64,000 nt of DNA from Candidatus Lindowbacteria bacterium RIFCSPLOWO2_12_FULL_62_27 (GTDB lineage: Bacteria > Lindowbacteria > 2-12-FULL-62-27), in contig MFPR01000004.1 in assembly GCA_001784175.1 (NCBI GenBank), forward strand, positions 1 to 64,000, written 5' to 3'. Position numbers and translations under genes: made by a program. Shown here in pieces: positions 1 to 9,130 of the stretch. Within the stretch, counting starts at the first letter, position 1; every line of letters starts with the position of its first letter. The notes below the pieces were generated by a model. It was not told where the DNA came from. It worked only from the letters and a program-made list of their open reading frames with translations, and made no database searches.

Positions 1-810
1 GAGCTCCGACGGGGCGAAGATCACGAACGCGAGGAGAATCCCCAGAAAAATCGTGAAGACGCTCATTTCCTTGAGGACATGCTCCGGGAAAAACCGGAGG
101 CTCCGGTCCGGATGAAAGACCGGTTCGACGCCGACGGGATCCATCGTCGAAAGATTCTGCACGCGCATCAAAAACAAATGGATGGAAACCAACCCCACGA
201 TCACCCACGGCAGGACCACCACGTGCAGGACGTAGAATCTCGCCAGCGTCTCGCCGCTGACCGTTTCCCCGCCGCGCAAAAGGAGCGACAGGTGGTTGCC
301 GATCAGCGGCACCGCGCGCGTGACTTCCGTGCCGACCGTCGTGGCCCAGTAGGAGAGCTGGTTCCAGGGGAGAAGATACCCGGTGAAGCCGAACGTGACG
401 GTGACGCCGAGAAGCGCCACGCCGGTGACCCACGTCAGTTCCCGGGGTTTTTTGTAGCTGCCCATGACGAACACGCGAAGCATATGGAGCATGAGCATGA
501 CGATCATGAGGGTGGCGCCCCAGGAGTGCAACCCCCGGATGAGCCAGCCCGCCGGGACTTCGATCTGGATGAATTTGATCGAATCGAAGGCGTGATCGGC
601 CGTGGGCCGGTAATAGACCATGAGGAGGATGCCGGTGACGATCTGGTTGACGAGCAAAAACAGCGCGAGGCTTCCGAAAGTGTGCCACCAGGAGACGTGC
701 GGCGGGAGCGGTTTTTGGGCCTGATGCCGGGCGAAGTCTTTGACGGCGTCCCACGGGTAGCGATCGCGCAAAAAGCCTTCGACGGCGGCCTTGAGTTTCC
801 CGAGACTCAT
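1..810 (-). CDS. petB: Cytochrome b of a bc/b6-type complex (partial, runs off left edge)
   Basis: Not in the ORF track because it has no stop in the window. Manual translation from ATG 810: MSLGKLKAAV...QIVTGILLMVYYRPT...GWLIRGLHSWGA...HMLRVFVMGSYKKPRELTWVTG. Its start overlaps the Rieske gene stop. Confidence 0.93.
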   Translation of the reverse strand, partial: MSLGKLKAAVEGFLRDRYPWDAVKDFARHQAQKPLPPHVSWWHTFGSLALFLLVNQIVTGILLMVYYRPTADHAFDSIKFIQIEVPAGWLIRGLHSWGATLMIVMLMLHMLRVFVMGSYKKPRELTWVTGVALLGVTVTFGFTGYLLPWNQLSYWATTVGTEVTRAVPLIGNHLSLLLRGGETVSGETLARFYVLHVVVLPWVIVGLVSIHLFLMRVQNLSTMDPVGVEPVFHPDRSLRFFPEHVLKEMSVFTIFLGILLAFVIFAPSEL

Positions 811-1259
811 ACCGGCGGCACCTTCACTTTCACGTTGTCGCCCACGACCATCACCTCGTAGGCGAGGAGCGGCCCCGGCGGCGGGCCGGAAACGACTTTG
901 CCGTCCTGCGAAAACACGCCGGCGTGGCACGGGCATTTGAACGTCCGGGTCGGACTGTCCCATTGGACGATGCACCCAAGATGCGGGCAGGCGAGGGAAT
1001 AGGCCTTGAAGTCCGATTCCGAAACGCGGATGACCGAGAACGGATGTCCACCCACCTGGAAATTTTTGGCGGTGGCCACCGGCCAGTCCCGTGTCGGGCC
1101 GGCGTCGATGACATCCTGCGCGCCGCCGCGTTTTCGCGCCGGCCAGAGGTAGGCGCCGACGGGCGCGAGCATGGCGGCCAGGACCGTCGCAAGCCCTCCG
1201 CCCAGAAAGTAGTCGAGGAATTTCCGGCGCGGGAGGCCGTTCTGATTATGGGCGGCCAT
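807..1259 (-). CDS. Rieske [2Fe-2S] protein of bc complex
   Basis: Tat-like RRKFL plus TM helix; CPHLGC and CPCH boxes; GPPPGPL tail. Confidence 0.93.
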   Translation of the reverse strand: MAAHNQNGLPRRKFLDYFLGGGLATVLAAMLAPVGAYLWPARKRGGAQDVIDAGPTRDWPVATAKNFQVGGHPFSVIRVSESDFKAYSLACPHLGCIVQWDSPTRTFKCPCHAGVFSQDGKVVSGPPPGPLLAYEVMVVGDNVKVKVPPV

Positions 1260-2463
1260 TCGTTTGTTCCACCTCGGCGCGTTTGGCGGCGCAGGCGATC
1301 GACAGCACAAGCAGAAATATGAAGATGGGCACGAACATCAGCCGCCGGACGCCCTCGCTCAGAATTTTTTTCTTGATCGATTGCCGTATCTGATCCAACC
1401 GGTCGGTGTTCTCCCGGATGACCTTGGAAAGATCCACCAGATTGAGCGCGTGCTGGGCGGGCGTGAGCGCAATCAGCGCCGTTTTGGCCTCCTCCATCTG
1501 TACCTGCGCCTCGCCGACTTCAAATCCCCGCACGGCGGCCTTGTGCAGTTCGCCCGACACGTCCGAAAGGTCGCGCCGGAGCTGTCCGAATCCGGCAAGA
1601 AACTCGTCCCGGACATCCAGTGCGTTGTCGTCCGGGCGTTGATGGCATTCCCGGCAGGCGGTGCGGAGGAGGTCCTCGGTCGGATGAAGAATGGCGTGGT
1701 TGGAGTGGCAGGACACGCAGGCTTTCATCTTGCCGGCGGCCGTCACCGCCGCGTGCGGGCTTTTCGAAAACGATTCGGCCTCGCGGATGTGACAGCTCCC
1801 GCAAATTTCACTGACATCCCGGACGCCCGGCGGCACGGCGCCGTGATTGCCGTGACAAGTGGCGCACGTCGGCGCCGAGAGGTCCTTGCGGACGCGCAGG
1901 GCGTGCGCGTGGACGCTGCGCTCGTAATCGGCCGGATGGGCCGCGGACAATTTGTACTTCGACATTTTCGCCGCATCCGAGTGGCATTGGCCGCACGTGG
2001 CCGGGACGTTCGTCGGATGGACGCTCGACGCCGGATCCTTGGGGCGCTTGATGCCGTGCGACCCGTGGCAGTCGGCGCAGACGGCGACGTTGTCGTCCCC
2101 CGCGCCGAAAAGGCGCTCGCCGTGTTTGGACGTTTTGTAATGGGCCAACTGGTCAGTCGGGAGGCGGAACGGATTCATCTTGCGGACGTCGCTGTGGCAT
2201 CCGCCGCAAAAATTCGGGATGTCCTTGCGGTCCGGTTTGCCTTTGAACGACGGGTCGTCCGTCATCGCCGCCTCGTCGGCGACGGCCGGATTGCCCCCGT
2301 GACAGCCGTGGCATCCCACCTGGGCGTGGACACTGGAGCGCACGCCCTCCACCAAGGCCGGGTCGGATTCGAAATGGCATGATTCGCAACTGGAGGCGAA
2401 GGCCGCCGGTTGCGCGGCGAACAGAAGAACGCCGCCGAAGAGGAGTACGCCCCGCCGCATCAT
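1246..2463 (-). CDS. Membrane-anchored nonaheme cytochrome c
   Basis: Signal peptide, 9 CxxCH motifs, helical coiled region and C-terminal TM helix; start probably 2463 or 2460. Confidence 0.88.
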   Translation of the reverse strand: MMRRGVLLFGGVLLFAAQPAAFASSCESCHFESDPALVEGVRSSVHAQVGCHGCHGGNPAVADEAAMTDDPSFKGKPDRKDIPNFCGGCHSDVRKMNPFRLPTDQLAHYKTSKHGERLFGAGDDNVAVCADCHGSHGIKRPKDPASSVHPTNVPATCGQCHSDAAKMSKYKLSAAHPADYERSVHAHALRVRKDLSAPTCATCHGNHGAVPPGVRDVSEICGSCHIREAESFSKSPHAAVTAAGKMKACVSCHSNHAILHPTEDLLRTACRECHQRPDDNALDVRDEFLAGFGQLRRDLSDVSGELHKAAVRGFEVGEAQVQMEEAKTALIALTPAQHALNLVDLSKVIRENTDRLDQIRQSIKKKILSEGVRRLMFVPIFIFLLVLSIACAAKRAEVEQTNGRP

Positions 2464-2483
2464 GCGCCGCACGCGAATGCCTT

Positions 2484-3125
2484 CTATTTGGCGGGCTTGG
2501 CCGGCGCCTCCTTGGCCGTGGGTGCCGCCGGCTTCTTGTGGGCGACCTTCTTCCACATTTCCTTGAAATCAAATCCCTTGAAACCCGGCGCGGATTCGTT
2601 GTGGCACCGCGTGCAGGTCTTCTCGTCCGGAATGATCATCCCGTTTTCGACGGCCTTTTTGCGGTCTTTCATGACGGGCACTTTCGCGTAATCTCCTCCC
2701 GCGCCATGGCAGGCCTCGCACTGAACGCCGTCTGACATTTTGAATTTCTCGCCCAAGAGGGACGCGGCGGCACCAAAGGCCGTGACGTGGCACTTGAGAC
2801 ACTCCGGCGCTTTCTGCGGGTCGCCCTTCACGCCGGCTTTTTCGGCCACCTCTTTCGCTTCCTTTGTCGCCAGCGTCTGGTACGCATGCGAATGCTTGCT
2901 GCCCTGCCACTGCTTGAGCTGGTTGCCCTTGGCGTCGCTCTTGTGGCAGGCGCCGCACTTTTCGGCGCCGATGAATTTGTGCGGGGCCGGCTCTGCGGCG
3001 GACGCGCCATTGGACGGCCAGAACAGAATGACCAGGCAGGCCAGCGAAAACACGATGGCCAGCGCCACGCCCGTGATCACAAACGTGCGCTCAATGAGCG
3101 AAACCTCTCTCTCGTCCAGTTCCAT
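2484..3125 (-). CDS. Tetraheme cytochrome c, c554-like family
   Basis: N-terminal TM; CGACH, CLKCH, CEACH, CTRCH; W..SKH..A and GVQCEACHGAG signatures. Confidence 0.88.
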   Translation of the reverse strand: MELDEREVSLIERTFVITGVALAIVFSLACLVILFWPSNGASAAEPAPHKFIGAEKCGACHKSDAKGNQLKQWQGSKHSHAYQTLATKEAKEVAEKAGVKGDPQKAPECLKCHVTAFGAAASLLGEKFKMSDGVQCEACHGAGGDYAKVPVMKDRKKAVENGMIIPDEKTCTRCHNESAPGFKGFDFKEMWKKVAHKKPAAPTAKEAPAKPAK

Positions 3126-3351
3126 CGGATGCACTTCCTTTCCCATACTTCGTGTCACCTCAGCCTTCGCTTGCCCCGCCCGGGATATGCCCTTTGCCGA
3201 TAAATTCGGCAGTCTTGGTGCAGACTACCGGGAGAATTGCAAAAGTGGTTCCTCGGCAAGAGACGGAGGTTAAAAACAGGGTTACTGGTTGGAGTTGAAA
3301 GCGATAGAGGTCAAGGATGAGCGCGGCGGATGTGGACGAAACGTCATGTTC

Positions 3352-3367
3352 TGTGACAAATGTCATG
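3352..3367. promoter_or_regulatory. Possible Crp/Fnr-family box
   Basis: TGTGA-caaatg-TCATG in a divergent intergenic region; a Crp/Fnr regulator is encoded at 22252. Confidence 0.4.
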
Positions 3368-3526
3368 AATAGAGACAGATCATCCGCCTTCCGTCAGCGG
3401 GAGCATTCCCAAGACATCCCGTCTTATGATTCCGATGTTGAGCGTGTTAAGCAATCTTGCGGTGCGGCGCCGTCAATGGACTGAAAATTGCTCTATCAAG
3501 AGACAGGTGGGTTTGAAAGGAGCGTG

Positions 3527-3931
3527 ATGGCCATGCAGTTGACACCGGTAGAACTTGTGGAGTATCGACGGGATCTCAAGGACCGCATCTGCTCGATTTG
3601 CCGCAAGTTCGGCTACGATGACGTGTGCGGGGTGGGAGCGGAAGGCGAATGTCCCTTTGATGTGCATCTCGCCCGGCTGGTCGACGCCGTTTTGTCGACG
3701 CCCCGGAGCAACCTGGTCGCCGATTACGTGCCGAAAATCCGCGAGTTGGTCTGCGCCTCGTGCCCGAACCAGAACGAGCAGGGCGTCTGCAAGTCGCGCG
3801 ACCGGGCCTACTGCGGCCTCGACAGCTTCCTCGTGCTCGTCGTCCAGACCATCGAGGACACGTACGACCGGCTGCACGCACGACCGGCCGCATCCAGCCA
3901 ACGGGAGACGCTCAGACAGAACGTGGCTTAG
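3527..3931 (+). CDS. Small Cys-rich protein with two CxxC-x8-C-x7-C repeats
   Basis: RBS aaggag before ATG 3527; 8 Cys in two identically spaced units. Confidence 0.75.
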   Translation: MAMQLTPVELVEYRRDLKDRICSICRKFGYDDVCGVGAEGECPFDVHLARLVDAVLSTPRSNLVADYVPKIRELVCASCPNQNEQGVCKSRDRAYCGLDSFLVLVVQTIEDTYDRLHARPAASSQRETLRQNVA

Positions 3932-3976
3932 CCGTGTAACAAAATGAACATTTGGCCGGGGATATTCACGCGCGTA

Positions 3977-4513
3977 CTAACCGGTTGGGTATCTCTCAAG
4001 ATACTTCAGAACGGCCCGTTCAACCGCCGACGGGGACAGGTTCGGATATTTCTGATAGATCTCTTTTGGAATCCGGCCCAGCAGGCTTTTCATCCGTTCA
4101 GGGACCACCAGACCCGAACGGATCAGGCTGTCCGCATCCCGCAGATCCTTTTCAAACCCGCGGACGACCTTCGATAAAAATTGCCCGTAGGGATCGTAGT
4201 GATAAAAACTGACGTTCTGCAGCGTCAGGATATGGACATGACGGTCGTCCGATCCCGGAAGGGCCGGAACAAAATCGGCCGGGCTTGCCAGTTCGATGTT
4301 GATATTGAGTTTCTCCTTGATGGCCTGCACGTCCCGCAAAACGTCTTCGCGATCCACAGACAAATCGACGTCCAATGTGCTTTCCCGCCATCCCATTTCG
4401 ACGGCGGTGCCTCCTCCGGTGATGTAGATCCGGTAATGGCCGCGCGTCGGCGCCGAGGCCGCGATGGCCCGCATGAACTTCTTGAGGCCCGACTTGTCCA
4501 GCGCATTTCTCAT
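3977..4513 (-). CDS. Nucleotidyltransferase-like protein (DUF6036-like)
   Basis: GGGTA...R.ST.DVD motif; K..RG..KD..D C-terminal motif. Confidence 0.75.
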   Translation of the reverse strand: MRNALDKSGLKKFMRAIAASAPTRGHYRIYITGGGTAVEMGWRESTLDVDLSVDREDVLRDVQAIKEKLNINIELASPADFVPALPGSDDRHVHILTLQNVSFYHYDPYGQFLSKVVRGFEKDLRDADSLIRSGLVVPERMKSLLGRIPKEIYQKYPNLSPSAVERAVLKYLERYPTG

Positions 4514-4956
4514 GACCCCGTCCCCTGCAGCCGATCCAGCGCGTCCGCGAAACTGCTGATCCTTCGAAGATGCGCGGTATATCGCGCATGGGCCAGGTCA
4601 TCGCCCGATTCCTTTTCCAGAAGACGATAGAGCTCCACGTCGGACCGGGGGAACGCCATTTTCGGCAGCGCGACTCCCTGACGACGGAGCCGCGGAAAGG
4701 CGATGGAAATCAAAAGCGCGGGGATGGTCTTTCGGCCCATCGACAAATCCCGGATGCCTTCGTCCACCATTTCCCCGCCCGGCAGGCCCATTTTTTGAAA
4801 GGATGCCGACCCGAATCGCGCCCTCTGCCATCGGGCGCAGACCGCCGCGCAGGCGCCGGCGGACCTGTCCCTCGCCCGCATCCTCCGCGCGCGCGTCCGG
4901 CCGCCCTGCCGGCCCCAATCCCGAAACAGGCGACGAACCCTCGCAGGCAAGATCAT
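4510..4956 (-). CDS. Hypothetical partner of the nucleotidyltransferase
   Basis: 4-nt overlap with the downstream gene; consensus promoter ends 6 nt before ATG 4956. Confidence 0.65.
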   Translation of the reverse strand: MILPARVRRLFRDWGRQGGRTRARRMRARDRSAGACAAVCARWQRARFGSASFQKMGLPGGEMVDEGIRDLSMGRKTIPALLISIAFPRLRRQGVALPKMAFPRSDVELYRLLEKESGDDLAHARYTAHLRRISSFADALDRLQGTGS

Positions 4957-4962
4957 GGGATG

Positions 4963-4991
4963 ATTATATACGTATGGGGTACGTATTGCAA
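4963..4991 (-). promoter_or_regulatory. sigma70 promoter with two TACGTA palindromes in the spacer
   Basis: TTGCAA-17 nt-TATAAT on the minus strand. Confidence 0.65.
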
Positions 4992-5028
4992 GTATTCGTC
5001 CCGTTGTCTCCGGTTGTCTCCGGGCCGC

Positions 5029-5442
5029 CTATCCCTTTTTGTGCGCGCCGACCGTCCGGGTGAGGAGAGAGTAGTATCGAAGGGTGGCCGGCATGTGGGA
5101 TCCGACGGAACCGAGGATGAGGACGGCCGACAGGATCCAGACCCGCTGCTCCCAGAGAAGCGGAACCAGCAGGACCAAGCCGATTTTGGCCAGCGTGAGC
5201 AGACCCCGGACCTGAAACAGCCAGTTGAAACTGCAATAGAGTTCGATCACCGCATAGGCCGCGCCCGTGCCGGCCGTCCAGAGCATGGCCGGGAAGAGCC
5301 TCTCCGCCGGCAGGTCAAAGACGTGGCCGCCCAAGAGGATTCCCATCGACGCCAGATGCGCCGTCCGGACCGCGATTCGAAGCGCCCGCTCGCCGCGGAA
5401 GGCCCGGTCTTTTTCGGGGAACAGGACGTCCCGGATACTCAT
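5029..5442 (-). CDS. Hypothetical membrane protein (about 4 TM)
   Basis: Hydrophobic helices; RBS aaggag; cotranscribed after mobA. Confidence 0.7.
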   Translation of the reverse strand: MSIRDVLFPEKDRAFRGERALRIAVRTAHLASMGILLGGHVFDLPAERLFPAMLWTAGTGAAYAVIELYCSFNWLFQVRGLLTLAKIGLVLLVPLLWEQRVWILSAVLILGSVGSHMPATLRYYSLLTRTVGAHKKG

Positions 5443-5467
5443 GCTTGCTCCTTGTCCTGTTTCGGGA

Positions 5468-6079
5468 CTACCGGCAGACCGTCAAACGGCGGGCGGGCGG
5501 CGGGCGGCGCGCTTGCCGTTCAAACGACGCCGGATCGTTCAGATTCCGGAACGTGGCCAGCTCTGGATCCAAGTCCCGGACCCGGCGATCGTCCAAAATG
5601 GCGGGAAACCCGGACACGAAAAGATTCTCCTGGATGGACAGCACGCCGTACGAGAACGAGTCCGCGACCGCGTCCAGCAGATCCGTGGAGAAAATCAGCG
5701 GAAACGGCCGCAGCCTCCGGTCGGCCTCGCAGACGACCACATCGCCCGGCGTCGCGATCATGACCCGAAGCAGTCGCGGCGAAAGGAACGGCTGGTCGCA
5801 GGCCGTGATGAGGACCCGGCGGGTGGCGGCATGCCGGAGCGCGGCATGGACGCCGGCCAGGGCGCATCGGTAGGGCATGGCGTCCCGCGCGACTGCCAGT
5901 CCGAGCGACTCATATTTTTTGGGGCACTTGGCGACCAGAAACGGATCCGTTCCCGTTACGCGTTTCAAAATCCCCGCAATGAAGAGCGCCATGGGCCTGC
6001 CACGGATGGGCAGGAGGGCCTTGTCACTCCCCATCCGGCGGGACAGCCCGCCGGTCAGGATGGCCGCGGAAATCGTCAT
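5468..6079 (-). CDS. mobA: Molybdenum cofactor guanylyltransferase
   Basis: ILTGGLSRRMGSDKA, ACDQP, FRNLNDP motifs. Confidence 0.92.
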   Translation of the reverse strand: MTISAAILTGGLSRRMGSDKALLPIRGRPMALFIAGILKRVTGTDPFLVAKCPKKYESLGLAVARDAMPYRCALAGVHAALRHAATRRVLITACDQPFLSPRLLRVMIATPGDVVVCEADRRLRPFPLIFSTDLLDAVADSFSYGVLSIQENLFVSGFPAILDDRRVRDLDPELATFRNLNDPASFERQARRPPPARRLTVCR

Positions 6080-6600
6080 GACCGCCGGCCCACGGCCGCC
6101 GCCCCGAGCTTGTCCAGGACAAATCCGGCAATGCGGTCGACCTCGTCGGCCCAGAACCGCGGGACGCGCGAATCGGGAGGATTGGCGTTCGGCGTCCGGC
6201 GCAGGACAAATCCGATGACCGTGCTTTCGCGCTCAAGCCCCATGTCGGCCAGTTCGGCGGCGTCGCGGAGCACCACGAGTTTGGGAAATCCCAGCCGCTT
6301 GTAGCCCTCGAGGATGACGAGGTCCGGCGACTCCAGCCGGCTGAGAATGTCGGCGACCTCGATGGGCGCCTCCAGCCTTCGCATGTGAGCCACCTGTGAA
6401 CTCGATGCGATCACAACTTCGTCCGCGCCGGCCTGCCGGAACCGCCACGTGTCCTTGCCCTTCTGGTCGATGGAAAAATCATGGGCGTCGTGCTTGATCA
6501 CCGCCACGGCGAGGCCCTGCGCGCGGAAGAGAGGAATCATCCGCTCGATCAGCGTCGTCTTGCCGCTGTTTTTTCTCCCGACAACGGAAATGATTTTCAT
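6076..6600 (-). CDS. mobB: Molybdopterin-guanine dinucleotide biosynthesis protein B
   Basis: GRKNSGKTT P-loop, IKHDAH, GKDT.R...AGA, DLVILEGYK. Confidence 0.93.
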   Translation of the reverse strand: MKIISVVGRKNSGKTTLIERMIPLFRAQGLAVAVIKHDAHDFSIDQKGKDTWRFRQAGADEVVIASSSQVAHMRRLEAPIEVADILSRLESPDLVILEGYKRLGFPKLVVLRDAAELADMGLERESTVIGFVLRRTPNANPPDSRVPRFWADEVDRIAGFVLDKLGAAAVGRRS

Positions 6601-6844
6601 ATGTGAGGATTCGTTCTGCATAAAGTGGGCCATGAAGGCCCTCTGAGCAGAAGTTGGGCATTATTGATTGAATGAGTGTCGGTTGTCGATCTATGGCGGG
6701 CGAGCCGGACAAAGTCGGCGAAGCAAAAATTGCCCTGTAACAGGACAATTGTAAATCGACGCGGCCAAGTCCATTCCACGGACACACGAGACTTCTGTAT
6801 TGAAACACAACCGGTTAAGCACGAAGTCTCATCGGCGGACCGGG

Positions 6845-6860
6845 CGGAATAGTCTTTGCA
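6845..6860 (+). promoter_or_regulatory. Putative sigma54 -24/-12 promoter
   Basis: cGGaatagtcttTGCa (GG-N10-GC); near-identical copy at 8948. Confidence 0.55.
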
Positions 6861-6873
6861 ACTCGGTAATTTA

Positions 6874-6906
6874 TCACCTCCTCTCTCCCCCCGCGGGGAC
6901 AAGGAG
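6874..6906. repeat. Truncated copy of the CCTCTCCC/GGGAGAGG palindromic repeat
   Basis: tcacctcctctctccccccgcgggg matches the starts of the 8976 and 28042 copies. Confidence 0.6.
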
Positions 6907-6929
6907 AACTACGGATTGAAGGACGGGAC

Positions 6930-8810
6930 ATGGTCGACATCTCTCCATATAATAATGACCCTCTCCACGCATACGCCGAGGGCTTGCGGTCGAAGTACCT
7001 CCGGAACAGGAACGTCCTTTTGGTGCAGGCGTTGCAGTTTCTGCCGTACTCGACGAATCTCGAGGTGATCTTCCGCAAGGGCTATCCCGCCTGGCCGCCC
7101 ACGGGCATCCAGCGGATCGCCAATGCGCTTGCGGGCAGAGGACTCAACATCAAGATCGTCGATTTGAATTATGAAACGCTCGAACACGTTTTCGAAACGC
7201 GCGCCTACAAGCCGGAAGACAGCCTCGAGATTCTGGACCGGCACATTGCGGAGGTCCAGCCGTCGATCATCGGCGTGTCATGCATCTGCATGTTCAGCGA
7301 CCTGCACGCGCCCACCAATCCGCTGACGATGCTGTTGGACCACTTGAAGAAGCTCGACCGGTTTGTGGTGGTGGCCGGCGGCACGGCCCTGAACAACGAC
7401 ATCGGCGGTTTTTTGCGAAGAGAGATGTGCCATTTCGCCGTGGCCGGCGAAGGCGAGGACAAAGTCCGCTACCTGATGGACGTTCTTCTCGACGACGGCG
7501 GGAAGGCGGCGCCGCGCAAGGGAATTTACTTCAAACCCGCCGACCGTCTCGAGCAGACTGACGGCGGGACCGAATGGGCGGTCCTGACCGGAGACCTGAT
7601 CGGCACGTACCAGTCGCTTCCGATTGAGAAATACCACCGGGTCGGGTGCCTGAACACGTTCTCGAGGTTCGCCGGCATGGATCGGCCCTACGGGGTGCTC
7701 CAGCTCAATCGCGGATGCCGGGCCCGGTGCCTCTTCTGCGGCGTCCCGAAATTCATGGGCCGGCCGACGCGGCACTATCCCGTTGCGGAAGTTCTGGCGG
7801 AGGTGCGGTACCAGGTGGAGGAGCGGGGCATCCGGCATCTGGACGTGATCGACGACGATTTCATCGGCGACCGGCGAACGACCTCCGAGCTGATCCAGGG
7901 GCTGATCGATCTTCGCGCCCGATACGACTTCACGTGGTCGGCCTACAACGGCCTGATCGCCTCCCAGATCACGGAGGACCTGCTGGAGCTTCTCCGGAAG
8001 GCCGGCTGTATCGGGTTTTCGATGGGCATCGAATCCGGCAATCCCGATCTTCTGCGCCGGACGCGCAAGCCCTCGAACCTGCGGGCGCTGCGGAAGGCCA
8101 GCGACATGCTGCAGCGGTTTCCGGAACTCTTCGTGGTCGGCAACTACATCCTCGGGCTTTACGATGAGGAAACCTTCGGCCAGATGCTGGATTCGTTCCG
8201 GTTCACCTTCGAGATGAAACTCGACTGGTCCGCCTTCGCGGCATTTCAGATCACCAGTTTCGGCACCGCCGTCGAGCTGGAGCGGCAGTCGGACGTCAAC
8301 CGGGCCACGCACGTTTTGCCGGCGCGCGACCGGCCGGACGGCGAAGTGGCGATCGCGGAGGGCGTGCTGGCCGGACCGGACGTGTTCCGTCTGGATCCGG
8401 ACAAAGTCCCGGCGCGCCGCCAGATTTCCCAGATATGGTTCACGTTCAATCTGGTGTCAAACTACATCGGCAACAAGCATCTGCGGCCGGGGGGCGATCC
8501 GGCCAAGTACGTCGCGTGGGTCGAGACGATCCAAGGCATCTACCCGGCCAATCCCTACATGCCGCTCTTCGCCGCGCTGGGCCGCCGGCTGATGCAAGAC
8601 CACGCCCGCGTCCCGGCGCTTCTGGAGATCGCGCGAACCAACGTGGACAAATCCGACTACTGGAGAACACGGTTCGAGCAGTTCGACCTGATGTCGGTCC
8701 TGGAAAATTTCCCCGACAGCGCGCCCGGCGCGGCCGAAACTCTGGAGGCGATGAGGGAGCGGTACGCGCCATGGATGGAGGCGGATGGACATTTAAGTCA
8801 CAAGGAGTAA
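6930..8810 (+). CDS. B12-binding-domain radical SAM protein
   Basis: N-terminal WPPTG...IGVS...VAGG...GEGE domain; RGCRARCLFC; IDDDF; GIESG. Confidence 0.88.
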   Translation: MVDISPYNNDPLHAYAEGLRSKYLRNRNVLLVQALQFLPYSTNLEVIFRKGYPAWPPTGIQRIANALAGRGLNIKIVDLNYETLEHVFETRAYKPEDSLEILDRHIAEVQPSIIGVSCICMFSDLHAPTNPLTMLLDHLKKLDRFVVVAGGTALNNDIGGFLRREMCHFAVAGEGEDKVRYLMDVLLDDGGKAAPRKGIYFKPADRLEQTDGGTEWAVLTGDLIGTYQSLPIEKYHRVGCLNTFSRFAGMDRPYGVLQLNRGCRARCLFCGVPKFMGRPTRHYPVAEVLAEVRYQVEERGIRHLDVIDDDFIGDRRTTSELIQGLIDLRARYDFTWSAYNGLIASQITEDLLELLRKAGCIGFSMGIESGNPDLLRRTRKPSNLRALRKASDMLQRFPELFVVGNYILGLYDEETFGQMLDSFRFTFEMKLDWSAFAAFQITSFGTAVELERQSDVNRATHVLPARDRPDGEVAIAEGVLAGPDVFRLDPDKVPARRQISQIWFTFNLVSNYIGNKHLRPGGDPAKYVAWVETIQGIYPANPYMPLFAALGRRLMQDHARVPALLEIARTNVDKSDYWRTRFEQFDLMSVLENFPDSAPGAAETLEAMRERYAPWMEADGHLSHKE

Positions 8811-8947
8811 TCCAAGTAATCCGGAGCAGAAAATGGCTTGAATTGAGACACTTGCTCGTCTCGATTTGTCGCGTGACACATATGTCCATAAAAAGCATTC
8901 GAAAGAGAATCAGTCCATTAAGAACGAAGTCCCTGCCGGCGGATGGA

Positions 8948-8963
8948 CGGAATGGTCTTTGCA
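8948..8963 (+). promoter_or_regulatory. Putative sigma54 -24/-12 promoter upstream of the cox-nap operon
   Basis: cGGaatggtcttTGCa; a sigma54 activator is encoded downstream in the same gene run. Confidence 0.6.
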
Positions 8964-8975
8964 CGTTCTGTACAC

Positions 8976-9096
8976 TCACCTCCTCTCCCCCCGCAGGGGG
9001 GAGAGGAATGAGGTGAGGGGGGAGGACGCGGACAGCGAGAGCCGTCGTCTGCCACCCTCACCCCAACCCTCTCCCGCCGGAAGCGGGAGAGGGGGG
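8976..9096. repeat. Palindromic REP-like element
   Basis: Hairpins cctctcccccc-gca-ggggggagagg and ccctctcccgc-cggaa-gcgggagaggg; a similar copy lies at 28042. Confidence 0.85.
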
Positions 9097-9130
9097 AACA
9101 GTTACAACGGAGTCGGGGTGACGGGCGGGC

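Noticed and set aside
79-861. 260-aa plus-strand ORF and the many other long overlapping ORFs in the track
   Set aside because: Antisense or alternate-frame shadows of recognisable genes in GC-rich DNA
6930-8810. ArsL (arsinothricin radical SAM)
   Set aside because: No Cys-rich C-terminal tail and not adjacent to arsM
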